This document shows positions 1-11,519 of a DNA stretch of 64,000 nucleotides, one piece after another (the first letter of the stretch is position 1; every line of letters starts with the position of its first letter). This DNA is from Podarcis liolepis (lineage: Eukaryota). The position numbers and the translations under genes are program-made. The notes beneath the pieces were generated by a model, which was not told where the DNA came from, made no database searches, and saw only the letters and a program-made list of their open reading frames with translations. The stretch is taken from assembly GCA_965112155.1 (NCBI GenBank), contig OZ218113.1; one strand, 5' to 3'.

Positions 1-100
1 GCAGGCACTGGGACCGAGCAACGGGAGCGCACCCCGCCGCGGGGATTCAAATGCGATCGGCAAGTCCTAGGCGCTGAGGTTTTACCCACAGCGCCACCCA
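1..100 (-). mobile_element. Sauria SINE (lacertid type), 5' part, cut by the window edge
   Basis: Reverse complement of the head of the copy at 50343. Confidence 0.8.
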
Positions 101-286
101 CTGACAGATAGTAAGCATGAACATTATCTCTCTTCAAATGGCATTGGCCCAAAGTGCCTCCCCTCTCCCAAGACTCTGGCTATTTTCAAGCCAGAGGACT
201 TATTTCCTACACATGTGGGTCCCTACAAGCAGACGGATGCATGCATTCGCAAGCCCGCACATACGACGATGCCAACCACATCTCAC

Positions 287-386
287 CTCATAGCCAGGTA
301 CATGGGTCGGATGGCAAACAGCGGGAAGGTGTGCACTTTGATCATGATGGTCATGAAGGCCATGTACAAGAGGACCTTGATGAATC
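287..386 (-). CDS. SYVN1: SYVN1/HRD1 coding exon 7 (GFIKVLLYMAFMTIMIKVHTFPLFAIRPMYLAMR); gene continues off the window start
   Basis: cag acceptor and gtgaga donor on the minus strand; 100 nt; phase fits the previous exon; translation matches the HRD1 transmembrane region. Confidence 0.96.
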
Positions 387-689
387 CTGCAGAAGAAGAG
401 GCGGAGGAAGAAAGCGGGGGTCAAGCCAGCACGTAAACCTTCACGTTGCCAAGAGGCAAATCCTTCCCGGCAACCAAACCACAGATGCTCCATGTTCTCT
501 TCTCACCAGGGAATTGGCTCAGCTGTCACAAATCAAACCGCCCCCCCCCCCAAAAAAAATATTGCCTTGATTTCTCCATGAGGAGTTGCCACTAGGCCCA
601 GGAGAAGGCAGATCTTTAAAGCCCTACATGGCCTCGGCCCTAAAGGAGCGTCTCCACTCAGCATTGCTCAGCCAGGACACTGAGGTCCA

Positions 690-955
690 GTTCTGAGGGC
701 CTTCTGGAAGTTCCTTCACTGCGAGAAGTGAAGCTACAGGGAACAAGAAGAGGGCCTTCTTGGTAGTGGCGCCCACCCTGTGGAACACCCTCCCATGAGA
801 TGTCAAACAGATAACGAATTATATGACCTTCTGTAGACATCGGAAGGCAGGCCTGAAAGCAGTTTTTAATGTTTGATATTTGATTGTGTTTTTATATTTT
901 ACTGGAAGCCAACCAGAGTGGCTACAGCATACAAATAAGAGAATTATTACTACTA
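690..955 (+). mobile_element. L2-like LINE 3' fragment
   Basis: agggccttct...gtggaac.ccctccc...gatgtc motif and (tta/cta) tail; related pieces near 7666-7780, 25000-25570 and 47590-47730. Confidence 0.55.
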
Positions 956-1360
956 CTTTTATGGCTGGCATATGTGCAGGGAGGCTGCTTTGTGCCCACC
1001 CGGCCAAGCCCCACCAAGGATCGCCACAGGGCAGAAAAGTAACTCTAAGGCAGGAGCCCATTGTCTGCTTTCTTTGGCCAGGATGCCCGTTCTCTAGGAA
1101 GCCGCTTTATATTTGATCGTTCATTCATTCATTTATCATTTTATTTGTATGTCACCTTTCCATAGTTAAAACAGTGCTCAAGGCGGCTTACAACATGACA
1201 AGATTTACATAATCAGACCCTGGGATCATCTAGCTCAGTATTACAACAATTGGCAGAGGCTCTCCGGGGTCTCAGGCAGGGGCCATTCCCATCCCTGTCT
1301 GGGGCCTCCTACATGAAAAGCAGGTGTTCTGCCACAGACCCACAGGCCTTCCCCCATCAC

Positions 1361-1487
1361 CTGTGAAGAGCTCTGTATACAGCATGTAGACGGCCTTGTT
1401 GTCCCAAGGGTTCTCGCTCTGGAGGTCGATGGAGTGCAGGATGTATTTGATGAAGATGGTGAGCACCATCGTCATGAGGATAGCATA
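1361..1487 (-). CDS. SYVN1: SYVN1 coding exon 6 (YAILMTMVLTIFIKYILHSIDLQSENPWDNKAVYMLYTELFT)
   Basis: AG/GT bounded, 127 nt, HRD1 motif PWDNKAVYMLYTE. Confidence 0.97.
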
Positions 1488-1879
1488 CTGTGGGAAAGGA
1501 GCAGCAAGAGAGAGAGGACCAAGTCAACTGACAGAACCAGGCATTGGTTGGCAAACATCTCCCTAATCCTGCCGTCGCTTCCCAGAGAAAACCAAAGCAG
1601 CTCGTGGATCAGGAGTCCTCTTTCCTGCTCCCACCAGACATCAATGCTTCAAGGTTCAATCCGCCCTGAGGGCAACATGGGGGCAGCCATGTCAAGCCAG
1701 GCACACCATATCCAAAGCTGGCAGTGCCAAGGAACTCACATCAAGCCATTAAGTTAAACCAACAAGCAATGCAATTCCAATTTACGACACATACCTCACC
1801 CTTCCTGCAGTTCTTTGTTTCTGGCTATGGGGATTAACTGGGATGCATTCATGAAGCAACAGCCTTCCATGAGACTTCG

Positions 1880-2045
1880 GTGAAGCAATAAAATTGCTAG
1901 CACATTTGCAAACCTAAGCAGGGTCCAGTGTGGTTTCAAATTGGATGGGGGACCACGTGTTGAGTTTCCTGCATTGCAAGGGGTTGGACTAGATGGCCCT
2001 CGGGGTCCCTTCCAACTCTATAGTTCTATGATTGTATGATTCTCT
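1880..2045 (+). mobile_element. SINE with a 5S-rRNA-like head and CR1-type tail
   Basis: ctaagcagggtc...tggt...ttggatggg.gacc followed by gggtcccttccaactct...tctatgatt; second copy near 46690-46830. Confidence 0.55.
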
Positions 2046-2717
2046 CTGAAAGGATGGGCAGCGTCAGGGGTGGCAAATACCTTCCTATGCTTTCAGCATA
2101 ATAAAAGACGCTCAACACAGCAGGCAACAGCCGAAGTATCAGCATGAAGAGGATCTACAATGCATCCCCTCCAGTAGTGGCTGATGTCCCTTGGGACTGG
2201 CAGGGAGCCCAAGAGGAGCTGGAGTCAGAGTTGCTGACAGGTTGGGGCAACTCATTCTACCTTTCTCCCAATCCTCCTCATCCCCACCTGAGTTCTGCAA
2301 GGGCAACCCTGGGACTAAGGAGGAGGAATCCAACAGGCAGGGCCACACCCTGGACTGGCTGTAAGCAGGAAAGCAAGCAGGTGGGTGGTGGCTTAGGTTC
2401 GTAGGACACTGCCCTATGGGAACTAATGGACCAGCCTCCACAGATCCCCCTCAAACTCTGACAGTTCTATGTGGAACCCAGCAAAGTTCCTTGCTTTGAA
2501 TTTTAAATCCCTACTGCTTTAGAAATTACCTCCTTAAAAGCAATCTAAATCACTGTCCGTTTTCTTGTTTTTAATCTAAATTAAGTCTGTCTTTACTCCA
2601 ACTCTAAAAACACTCCTTAGCTCAGAATGTATACGGTGGCAGCTGGTGTATGGCAAGTGTGTCCCACCCATGAACATACACATCTCCATGACTGTAGATT
2701 CTTTCGTCTTCTTAAAC

Positions 2718-2858
2718 TCACAGAACTGAGTTGGAAGGGACCACGAGGGTCATCTAGTCCAACGCCCTGCAATGCAATAATCTTTTGTGCAAGGTGGGGC
2801 TCAAACCCACAACTCTGAGATTAAAAGTCTCATGCTCTACTAACTGAGCTATCCCAGC
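2718..2858 (-). mobile_element. tRNA-Lys-derived SINE with CR1 tail
   Basis: Reverse complement of the family at 36801. Confidence 0.7.
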
Positions 2859-3114
2859 TTAGTTCTTCACACTAGGCTATTGAACAAGAGCTGCTCTATT
2901 GACTTGCATTGAGAAAAGGAGTTTCTGAATTGCTGAAACCTATGGCTACATCTCCCCACCACACCCAGTGCTCTGCTTCCCAGGGTCATTCACAGCTGCT
3001 GGTCTGCTCTCCTCTTTGCAATCTGTGGTCTGTGTCATCAAAGGCTGTCAGAAACCTCTGCTAGCTACTGTGAGCAATGACTTCCACGCAAAGCGCAACG
3101 CATACTCCATTCAC

Positions 3115-3218
3115 CTCAAAGCCAAAGACCAGCTGGACGGAGGCTCCCCGTGTGAGGATGCTGTGGTAGGCATGGCTGACAAACAGGAAATCCAGAATGC
3201 CCAGGAGCAGCATCAGAG
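3115..3218 (-). CDS. SYVN1: SYVN1 coding exon 5 (LMLLGILDFLFVSHAYHSILTRGASVQLVFGFE)
   Basis: AG/GT bounded, 104 nt, phase 1 to 0. Confidence 0.97.
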
Positions 3219-5600
3219 CTAAAAAGAGGAAGAGAGAGAAAGAGTGATTTGCCATTTCTAGAAGGCTAGCCAGATTAGCCTGTTGCATCAAAAACCCCAC
3301 ACAGTCTTGTGACACCTAAAGGAAAGGACTAGCAAATGTACTACGGCATAAGCTTTCTGAAATGGTGATATTCAGAAGCCAGTAGGAGAACATTCAACCT
3401 GCTAGAACACGCTGATATTGACCTCATGGTGGCCCACCCTTGAAAACAAACTTTGAAGAGAAAATCTGGTGTCAAGCAGCTGAAATGTAGTTTACCAAAA
3501 AGTTTGGTTCATCAGATGCTGAATAGAGAAATGGTTTGCTGACCCACTGTGGGTGTTGATTTACTCAGCTGTGCTAAGCCCCTGCTCGTTTCAGCACCAA
3601 TTACTGTGCTTGCAAATGGTCACTGTCTTTTATTTTATTTTATTTTATTTTATTTTTTGGCAGGCACCTCAGCTTTAATTGAAGCACCACAGACTGTACT
3701 TCTTGTACTTTGCTGCCATTTATCTCCAACATTTACAAAAGCCTGCCAAAGGGGGATTACACTTCACAGCATCCTAAGAGAAAACCCTAAGGCATTCCCA
3801 ACAGAAGAGCAGTTACAGCAGAAGTCAGCCCAGAACTCCAGGAATCCCACCACAGCAATAACCAGCTGTGCACCAACGACTCCAGCACAGGCATGGGGAC
3901 ACGTGTGACCTTCTAGACAGTGTTGGACTACAATTTCCATCATCCCTGGTCCCTGACCATGCTGGCTGTGGCTGAAGGGAGATGGCAGGCCCTCAACATC
4001 TGGAAGGCTTCAGGTTCCCCAAGCCCTTCTCCAAGCAGCTCAAGCGTTCTTCCTTGGCTCCCTTGTTCTTCACTTATTTGCTTAAGGCATTTATATATAC
4101 CGCTTAATCATTTGCATTTCAGCTTGAGCAGGTTGAGACAATGGGAAGTCCCACAGATAGTGGCCACGTAGGGCTTTGTGTCAGAGCACCCAAGTGAGCT
4201 ATATGCAAATGCCAGTATGAAATAACATTTCCTGCAGTCCCTGCATGCAAATGTCATCTGGAGTTGTCCTCCTTACCCAACTACTTCCTTTGCAGAGCCC
4301 CCCAAAGGAAGTGCTTAAAGCTGTGCCGAATGCCAATCCGCCCTCACCCTCCACACCCCAAAGCGTCTGACGGGGAAGCTCCTTTTACTCAGGCTCCCCT
4401 TCCGCCATCCTCCCTACTAATTATTCCACCCTTGCGCAAAGCCACAAAAGCCTTACAAGCTGACCAGCTGCTGCTCTGCCAGCAGAAGTGGTGTGAAGCA
4501 TTTTCAGCAAAGCCTTCACCAGGGCTAAGTTTTAGCTGAGGCTCAGCTGTGGAAGAGGGCCCATGCCAGCAGCTCAACCCTATTCTCATCAGGCCTAAGG
4601 GTCTAACAGTTGGAAAATGCTCATTCCGCCAAACTCTTGGCAGTGCACATGAATGAGGAGTTTTCTTAGGCAAGAACTCCTGTTTCAGCTCAGCAAATCA
4701 GCTATCAAACCTCCACATCCTGCTGCCGCCTTAAGGTACTTCGCCTTAAGAATTTAGATTCTTTCTTCTTAAACATACCTATTTGACTGCCTGGACCTGT
4801 CTAATTTGCATGTTAACTGTTTTGGGTGTTTTTAGTGCAAACTGCCCTGTTTATTGAACATTTTAAAAGCATCTAAAAAGAAAACCAAATAGATGAATAA
4901 AACACCAGGGATGACTTCCCATTTCTGAATGCAAGCCCTGAACTACGCTGTCTGGTTTGTACAAATTTGCCTGTTTGGAAGTCCTGGAGATATCCGCAGC
5001 TGGTCAGCCTTAAATCCCTATGCCTGCTTCCCACCGATTCCCAGATCCAGCACAAACTTTTTGCCCTTCTCTCCCAGAGCTCGTTATGGCCTCACTCCTC
5101 GCCAGTTATTTCCCTCCTCTTCTATTCCAATATATTGCCGCCAACTTCCCCCTCCAAAGGCCTGTTGCTCCCTGAAACAACGCTGCCCTCTCTTGTTGCC
5201 CCTCCTGCCTGGCATGGCCTCCCAAAACACCTCAGGGCAATATGCTCCCCTCTTTAATGGAAGAAACCCACATCTTTTCCCAGGGCGCTTTTGGAATGCA
5301 CCCCACCCCACCCCAAAACAAATTGGAACTAAGCCAAATCACACGCAATGGAAATAATTGCCATATTCTTCCTGTGAAGTAATTGCATATTCATTCCTCT
5401 CTCTCTGCCTCAGGAAGCTGGATCGTTAACCAATCCTACACTTGCACTCAGCACAGGTGGGTGGGCAACAACCTTTGTCGTAAGCGAGAAAATGGGCTAG
5501 ATTTGGGGCAACTGCAGGTATGTCCGTCTTTCATTGAGAAAGGACTGGAAGCAGCCGGGCAGTGGAAGAGGAAAGCCTTGAAAGGAAGGCAGGTACTTAC

Positions 5601-5649
5601 AGACAATGCGAAAATGGAAGAGCCAGGAAATGTTTGGGCTCCTCTCCAT
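5601..5649 (-). CDS. SYVN1: SYVN1 coding exon 4 (MERSPNISWLFHFRIV)
   Basis: tag acceptor, gtaagt donor, 49 nt; not in the ORF track. Confidence 0.95.
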
Positions 5650-7100
5650 CTAGAGAGACAGGGGAGAAAGGAGCAAGATTAAGTGGTCTTATCACCCAAG
5701 ATAAGCAGCAACTTTTATTGACTGGCCAAACTCATGTAGGCCTCGATTTCGAACATGTGCTCTGCCGACACATCTTGGCACTCAGGTTGGAGCATGGCTG
5801 TTCTGCATTCTGGGCAAATGTCCAGAATTCACAAGGATCCCTGTAGAAAAGAAATGTCTGAAGGTGGAAGCACTTAAAGTAGAAATGGGGAACTTGTGGC
5901 CCTCCAGATCTTGTTGGGACTGCACCTGTCATCAACCGCACCTCACATAGCCAACAGTCAGGGATGTTGAGACTAACAGCATCTGGAGGGCCAAAGGTTC
6001 CCCATCCCTGACTTAAAACTAGTGTTGGAATCTTACAAATCCCCCCCTCCAATCCCTGCTCCAGACTGGCTGTTAACAAGAGATTCTAGTGCCAAGAATC
6101 CAATGCATTGGAATAACCCTGCTATTAACATAGCTTGGCCTGGGTTGGTGTGTGAGGCTGATGGGAAGAGCCACCATTTTGCCCAACTTCAGAAACCTCT
6201 GTGCAGAGTTACTTTGATAGGCGTCACACATTTGCAACATCCGCTCTTCCTTTCACCCTTACTGTGTCACATGCCATGCTAAGCCATGATTCACAAGCTT
6301 TGCCAACCTGGTGACCTCCAGAAGTTTTGGACTACAACTCCCATCAACCCAGCCGGCATACATCCAAATCACCTGGAAAGCACCAGGTGGACTTAGGCTG
6401 ACTTAGTGTGAGGCATGCACCAGCAGGAACAAGGTACAGCAAGCCTTGGGTTGACATCCTCCTCTCTTCCCTTCTCCTCCTCGGATGCAGAGATAATGCA
6501 AGCCTTTTGGCCTCCACCATTGCCTTGCATGAACTGAGAAGTGGTTCACCAACCCTCTGGTGCCATTGGAAGAAAACTAGTGGTAGGTAAGCTGAGAAGC
6601 TTCTCAGAAATCCTAGTCCAGAGGGTGGGGACAAGAGACTGGGGCCTTCTTCGCAGTAGCCCCATTTTTAAAGGAATGCTCTCCCCAAGGAGGCCCCCCT
6701 GGCACCCAATTTTGTCACTGTTTTGGCACCAGGCAAATAGGTGATCCGCCCCCACTCCTAGGCATTTTGAGCAGCTCCAATGATATGATTGTACTATTAA
6801 ATTTGTTTTGAAATAATGTTTATGTGATTTTATTATTGTATTTTTACTTTGATCGAAAAATGCTTTAAGATATACAAGCGTAATATACCTAAAACCTGAA
6901 AGCCCCAGGTGTTCCTAGGAATGCACATCAGCCTTGCTTTTGAGCCACCATACAAGAACCGCCAAACTGGGCTGCTGCTTGAACTGTTCAGGAAACCCTT
7001 TTATTTCTCCCACTGCCACCGTGCGTCTCAGTGGCAAGAACCGTTTCAGCCCACCCTACCCCTTCCTCCAGGTGGTGCACCTTGGGGCCACCATACTCAC

Positions 7101-7253
7101 AAAGTCCACACGGTCCTCAGCCAGCCAGTGGAAGCACTTGAGGAAGAGGAGGAGAGTGAAGAGGGCCACAAAACGGGGGCTGAAGTCATCCCTGAAGACT
7201 GTGAAGGCAAGGCAGGTCTCGGTCACTGCATACCATGACCGCTCAAGCAGATG
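7101..7253 (-). CDS. SYVN1: SYVN1 coding exon 3 (HLLERSWYAVTETCLAFTVFRDDFSPRFVALFTLLLFLKCFHWLAEDRVDF)
   Basis: AG/GT bounded, 153 nt, highly conserved HRD1 sequence. Confidence 0.97.
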
Positions 7254-8484
7254 CTGTGTGAGAGAGATTGATTTAAGGAGCTCTCTCTAATCCTGGGCCC
7301 ATCTGTCCCCCACAAATGCAGTCGTCTCCAGAAGAGGCACCCTCCTTGCTATGCTTCCAAAGTAAGGGTGGGAACCCTCAGGCCCAGAAACATCCCTCTG
7401 GGGCCTCTCTTCCAACTGTCCACAGATCACACCCTTCAGCAGCCTGCTCTATGCCCTCCTCAAGTGTTTTTGCCTCACTGAAAATTGCTCTTGAATTGTG
7501 ATAACATATCTTGCTAGACTGGATTCCTAGCCAACACTGCTGCCATTTGGGGGTGCATGTGTTAGAAATCCCATCACTGCTGCAACTGTGGAATTGAGAT
7601 TGTCTCTCTCTGACCATTTATTTTATCTGCTTTTACAAATTGGTTTTTATTTTAGTGTAGTAATAATAATATAATAATTTATTATTTGTACCCCGCCCAT
7701 CTGGCTGGGTTTCCCCAGCCACTCTGGGCGGCTTCCACAGAAACCAAAATACAGTAAAATCACACATTAAAAACTTCCCTGGGATTGCATGATGATGGGT
7801 GGGCTAAAAATTCCCTTATAAAAAGGGCTTTTTACCTTTGGTCCTTCCTTCTACTAGTATGTGGCCCCCAGAAGGCTGCTAATGAGGGGAGGCAGCCCTT
7901 GGGCTGCGAAAGGTTCCCCAGCTAGGCTTACTGACAGTGTTGATACCTGTGGGTCCGTAGTTAAACAACACAGGTAGAAATCTAGCCAGCTGGCAGGGAA
8001 GCCAGGGGCCTGGGCACAGATGTGAAATTCTCCAGTTCCATGTGAACAAAATTGTGTTTCTAGGCCTTCCGGCTACCAAAATGTACAAAGGCTCAGGAAT
8101 TAAAGATCTATCATTCAGAACGTTTGATTGCAATGTAACTGAACATCTCGTCTCTCTCCTCATTGTACTCAAAAATCCTCTCTGCTGTGCCACTACAGCC
8201 AAAACTTAAAGAACTCAGGACACATTAGCTGTTAAAGAAATGCAAGTTATTTACAACTTAACTCTAGGAAATGATGCCAAAATCCTTCCCCGCAAGCTTG
8301 CAGCACCCTTTAGAGATGATTGATACAGATCCCCCATTGTAAGCCAAACCTATTTTCTCCTCTGTGATCACAGGATGATGCCGATTGAGCAAAGGGGTCT
8401 GCGGAGTTTCTGGCTCTTAGTTTAAGCATTTCATGTGTGCCTTCCCACAAGGCCCACAACAACCATGCACCCAACAAGGCTCAC

Positions 8485-8577
8485 CTCCATTTCCGCTGCT
8501 CGGAGCTGTCCAAAAAACACTTTGCCCATGAATTTGCCTAACAGGAACACCAGGACGAAAGCTTGAATGTACAGCAC
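8485..8577 (-). CDS. SYVN1: SYVN1 coding exon 2 (VLYIQAFVLVFLLGKFMGKVFFGQLRAAEME)
   Basis: AG/GT bounded, 93 nt. Confidence 0.97.
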
Positions 8578-10862
8578 CTGACATAGCAAGGAGGAGAGAA
8601 AAAATGGCAGAGTGGGAAATCATTTTTAGGAACATCCCTGTGCAGGCCAGACAAAACTTAAAGGTGTCATTCATTGCTGCCCACAATCCTCCCCTCAGAA
8701 GCTAACAGGATAGACTGTGTTGCTGAGCTCTGTGGTGGGGGAATATCTTTTGATTTCTTTCTGGTTCCTCAGCATCTCCTCCTAATCTCCCAAACCAAAT
8801 TATTCTTTTATGCATGTATGTAACAGGAAACCCCAATGAAGAAACCTACAAGGGCAGATGGAAGCATTCCAGGCTCCTGGTTGGCAAAGGACACATGAAT
8901 TTGATCTGGGGCACAAGCCCGGGATTCAAAACTGCTTAATTTTACTATGTGATGCAGAAATATTTTGTGAGCTCTATATTTCAGATGCCCTACGCCTGGA
9001 TCTCAGAAAACCTCTATTATATGCAGATTGTTTGGGTTCTTCTATTCCTTACACATGTAGGTCTAAATAAGGCTTTACATTGAAGGCTTCCCTTGAAATG
9101 CAGACGGCAGCTTTGATGAGACCATTTTTGAGGGGACCCTGGCAGGAGAAGAAGAACACCTGGAATCAACGTGTCACTTTGGTGCAAACTTAACAGTAAA
9201 AGGGTTTGAACTGCCATTGTTACTTTCACACCACAGTTCCATTGCCACAAGCTTAGTCTGCAGATTTTACTCTGCCAAACTCCACCGAGGGCTGGGATGG
9301 GGCCAACAGTGCAGTAATTGCATTTAGAAAACTTTGTTGTGAACTCAGTCACCACAGAATACCACCACAGAAAGAGAAAGCAGCCTTCTCATTCCCAGTT
9401 CCTGTACTGGGTGTTGCTTTAGCCTGGGTCATATAACCTGAGTCAGTCTTGGCCAGGGGGGCAGAACCTCTAGCCCGGGGTCCCATTTTCCCTGCCAGGC
9501 CTCTCCATTTGGTTCCCTGGGCCATTCGCCCAAACCACACTCATCTGCTCCATACCCAGTGTCATATGTGACATCGGAAAGCAGGAACAAACTCCCAACA
9601 TGTCAGCTGATGAGCAAGGAGTTCAATCCTGCTCAGTATCTCTCCAATCCCAACCCCCCAAACACACCTGTGAGCAAACTTTTGACAGGTGGGTGGGAGC
9701 AACCACCTGACTATATTATGACATCAAATGACTGACAGGTGGGTGGGACAAAGCTGGGTCACAGGGGGCAGGGCAGAGGGTAAGAAAGATCTGGTCTACT
9801 GAACCAAATGGGTTCCCTGCACCTGACCTAAGCAGCCAAGGTAGACAGTCCTGGACAGCAGGAGTTCCAGAGTCTCAGGCAGAAGGCTACAGAGCCCTGA
9901 AGTTGAGGAAGGAACTCTTGTGAGGTCATCTGGATCAACACTTTGCTTGATGCCAGAAGTTCAAAAACCTACTACATCCTCAATTGTCCTAAGTGCCATC
10001 TAGCCTCTGCTTGAATACGTCCAGCAAAGGAGAAGCCCTTGACGTAACTTATTTATTCAGAGAATCTGCTTCTTGCTCTTCTGCCGAAGAGATTCCAAGA
10101 GCTGCTTGCATACAATCAAATCAAGACAGTCCCTACCCACAAGCTTACAATCTAAATAAAAATAAAAACTGCACACAATGGAAAAGGGACAAACTGCATA
10201 TCAAACTGCTCTCCTCACCACAAAGTTTCTCCTAATGTTCAACCGTAATCTACCCCTTTATAGCTTAAGCCCCTTTGAGCTAGTCCTGCATTTATTGAGC
10301 AGCAGAGAACAAGGCAGCATTCACATGGCGCAATAACCTTGGGCTGTTGTGCACTGCCTCAACTGCTGGCACAAAGAAAGAAAAACAAACAGAGGCCACT
10401 CCTAAGCTTGGCTTCCCGTGCCACGCAAACTCAGGACTGTTGCTTGTGGCTCCTTAAAGATCCAGGATTGCTAGCTAGACTTGAACTATGGTTCATGTTA
10501 TTTAGGTATTTTTGAAATTATTTTCTGGGTTCTGGTGCACTGCACAGAGGGAGCAAGTTCACATATTATATGAACCAAAGTTTGGTTTCAGAAAGCCACG
10601 ATGATCAGGGTTTGAAGAGATGCTGGCTAAGCATCCTTGAATGCACTGATTATTCCTCCCACTGTACAAACTTCAAAGATTAAACTCAGCAATGGTATCT
10701 GGAGTGTGCTTTTATGTCTTCTCTGCCTTTTCTCCAGTTCATTCCACTTTTGCTCAAAGGACCTTTCATTTTTTAAAATGGAGACCCTTTAAAGCCACAG
10801 CCATGTGATCAAACCTGATATTATGCCCACCTCCCTGCAGCAATTGGGGTAGGCAGACTCAC

Positions 10863-10994
10863 CGCCATGCTGGGACTGGACTTCGTCAGGTACACCACCG
10901 TCGGGTAGAACTGGTGCTTAAGATAATAGGCGTGCGCCACCACTGCAGAGGTCAAGGCCAGGCTGGCAGCCATCATGATGGCTGTTCGGAACAT
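10863..10994 (-). CDS. SYVN1: SYVN1 first coding exon (MFRTAIMMAASLALTSAVVAHAYYLKHQFYPTVVYLTKSSPSMA); E3 ubiquitin ligase synoviolin/HRD1
   Basis: ATG at 10994; acceptor just upstream (exon starts at 11018); gtgagt donor; N-terminus matches vertebrate HRD1. Confidence 0.98.
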
Positions 10995-11291
10995 CTCCCC
11001 AGCCCAGCGCCCAGCAGCCTGTGTAAGAGGAGGAAAAAAGTGGTTGAAGGCAAAAGACTGGGCCATTGCTTGCCTCGGCTTGTGAATAAGGCAAAACAGG
11101 ACAAGCCACCCAATTTGCATAGTAACGGCCTTGCGCATCCATGTTGCTATTTTCAGAAGCCTTATGAGAAATGCTGTTACTGTGCCCAAACCCTCTGCTG
11201 ACACGTACTACACTATGGCATTGCAAGTAGCCAATCACCTAGGGCTTGCAAGAGCTGCCTCATGACAACTGGACAGAAACACTTTTTTATA

Positions 11292-11519
11292 CAGCCACAC
11301 CTCGGGTTCCAGCCACTTCAGGTTGCATTTTTTCGGGTTGTGGACCGCCAAAACCTAGAAGTACCGGAACGGGCTACTTCCAGGTTTGGGCAGTTGCGGT
11401 ACGCCGAATCACAACCCGTGCGTGCACAGACGCGGGTTGCAAACGCTAAGGGTTGCAAACGCTGCAGGTTGCAAACATGCATCCCGCACAGATCACGTTC
11501 GCAACCCGAGCGTCCACCG
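11292..11519. mobile_element. Tc1/mariner (Tigger-like) MITE
   Basis: TA on both sides; imperfect TIR cagccacacctcgggtt / aacccgagcgtccaccg; internal ggttgc subrepeats. Confidence 0.65.

Noticed and set aside
3262-3360. Further hammerheads in old Penelope-like remnants (also near 20045-20140 and 33475-33525)
   Set aside because: Only degenerate terminal fragments remain and no catalytic core is recognisable
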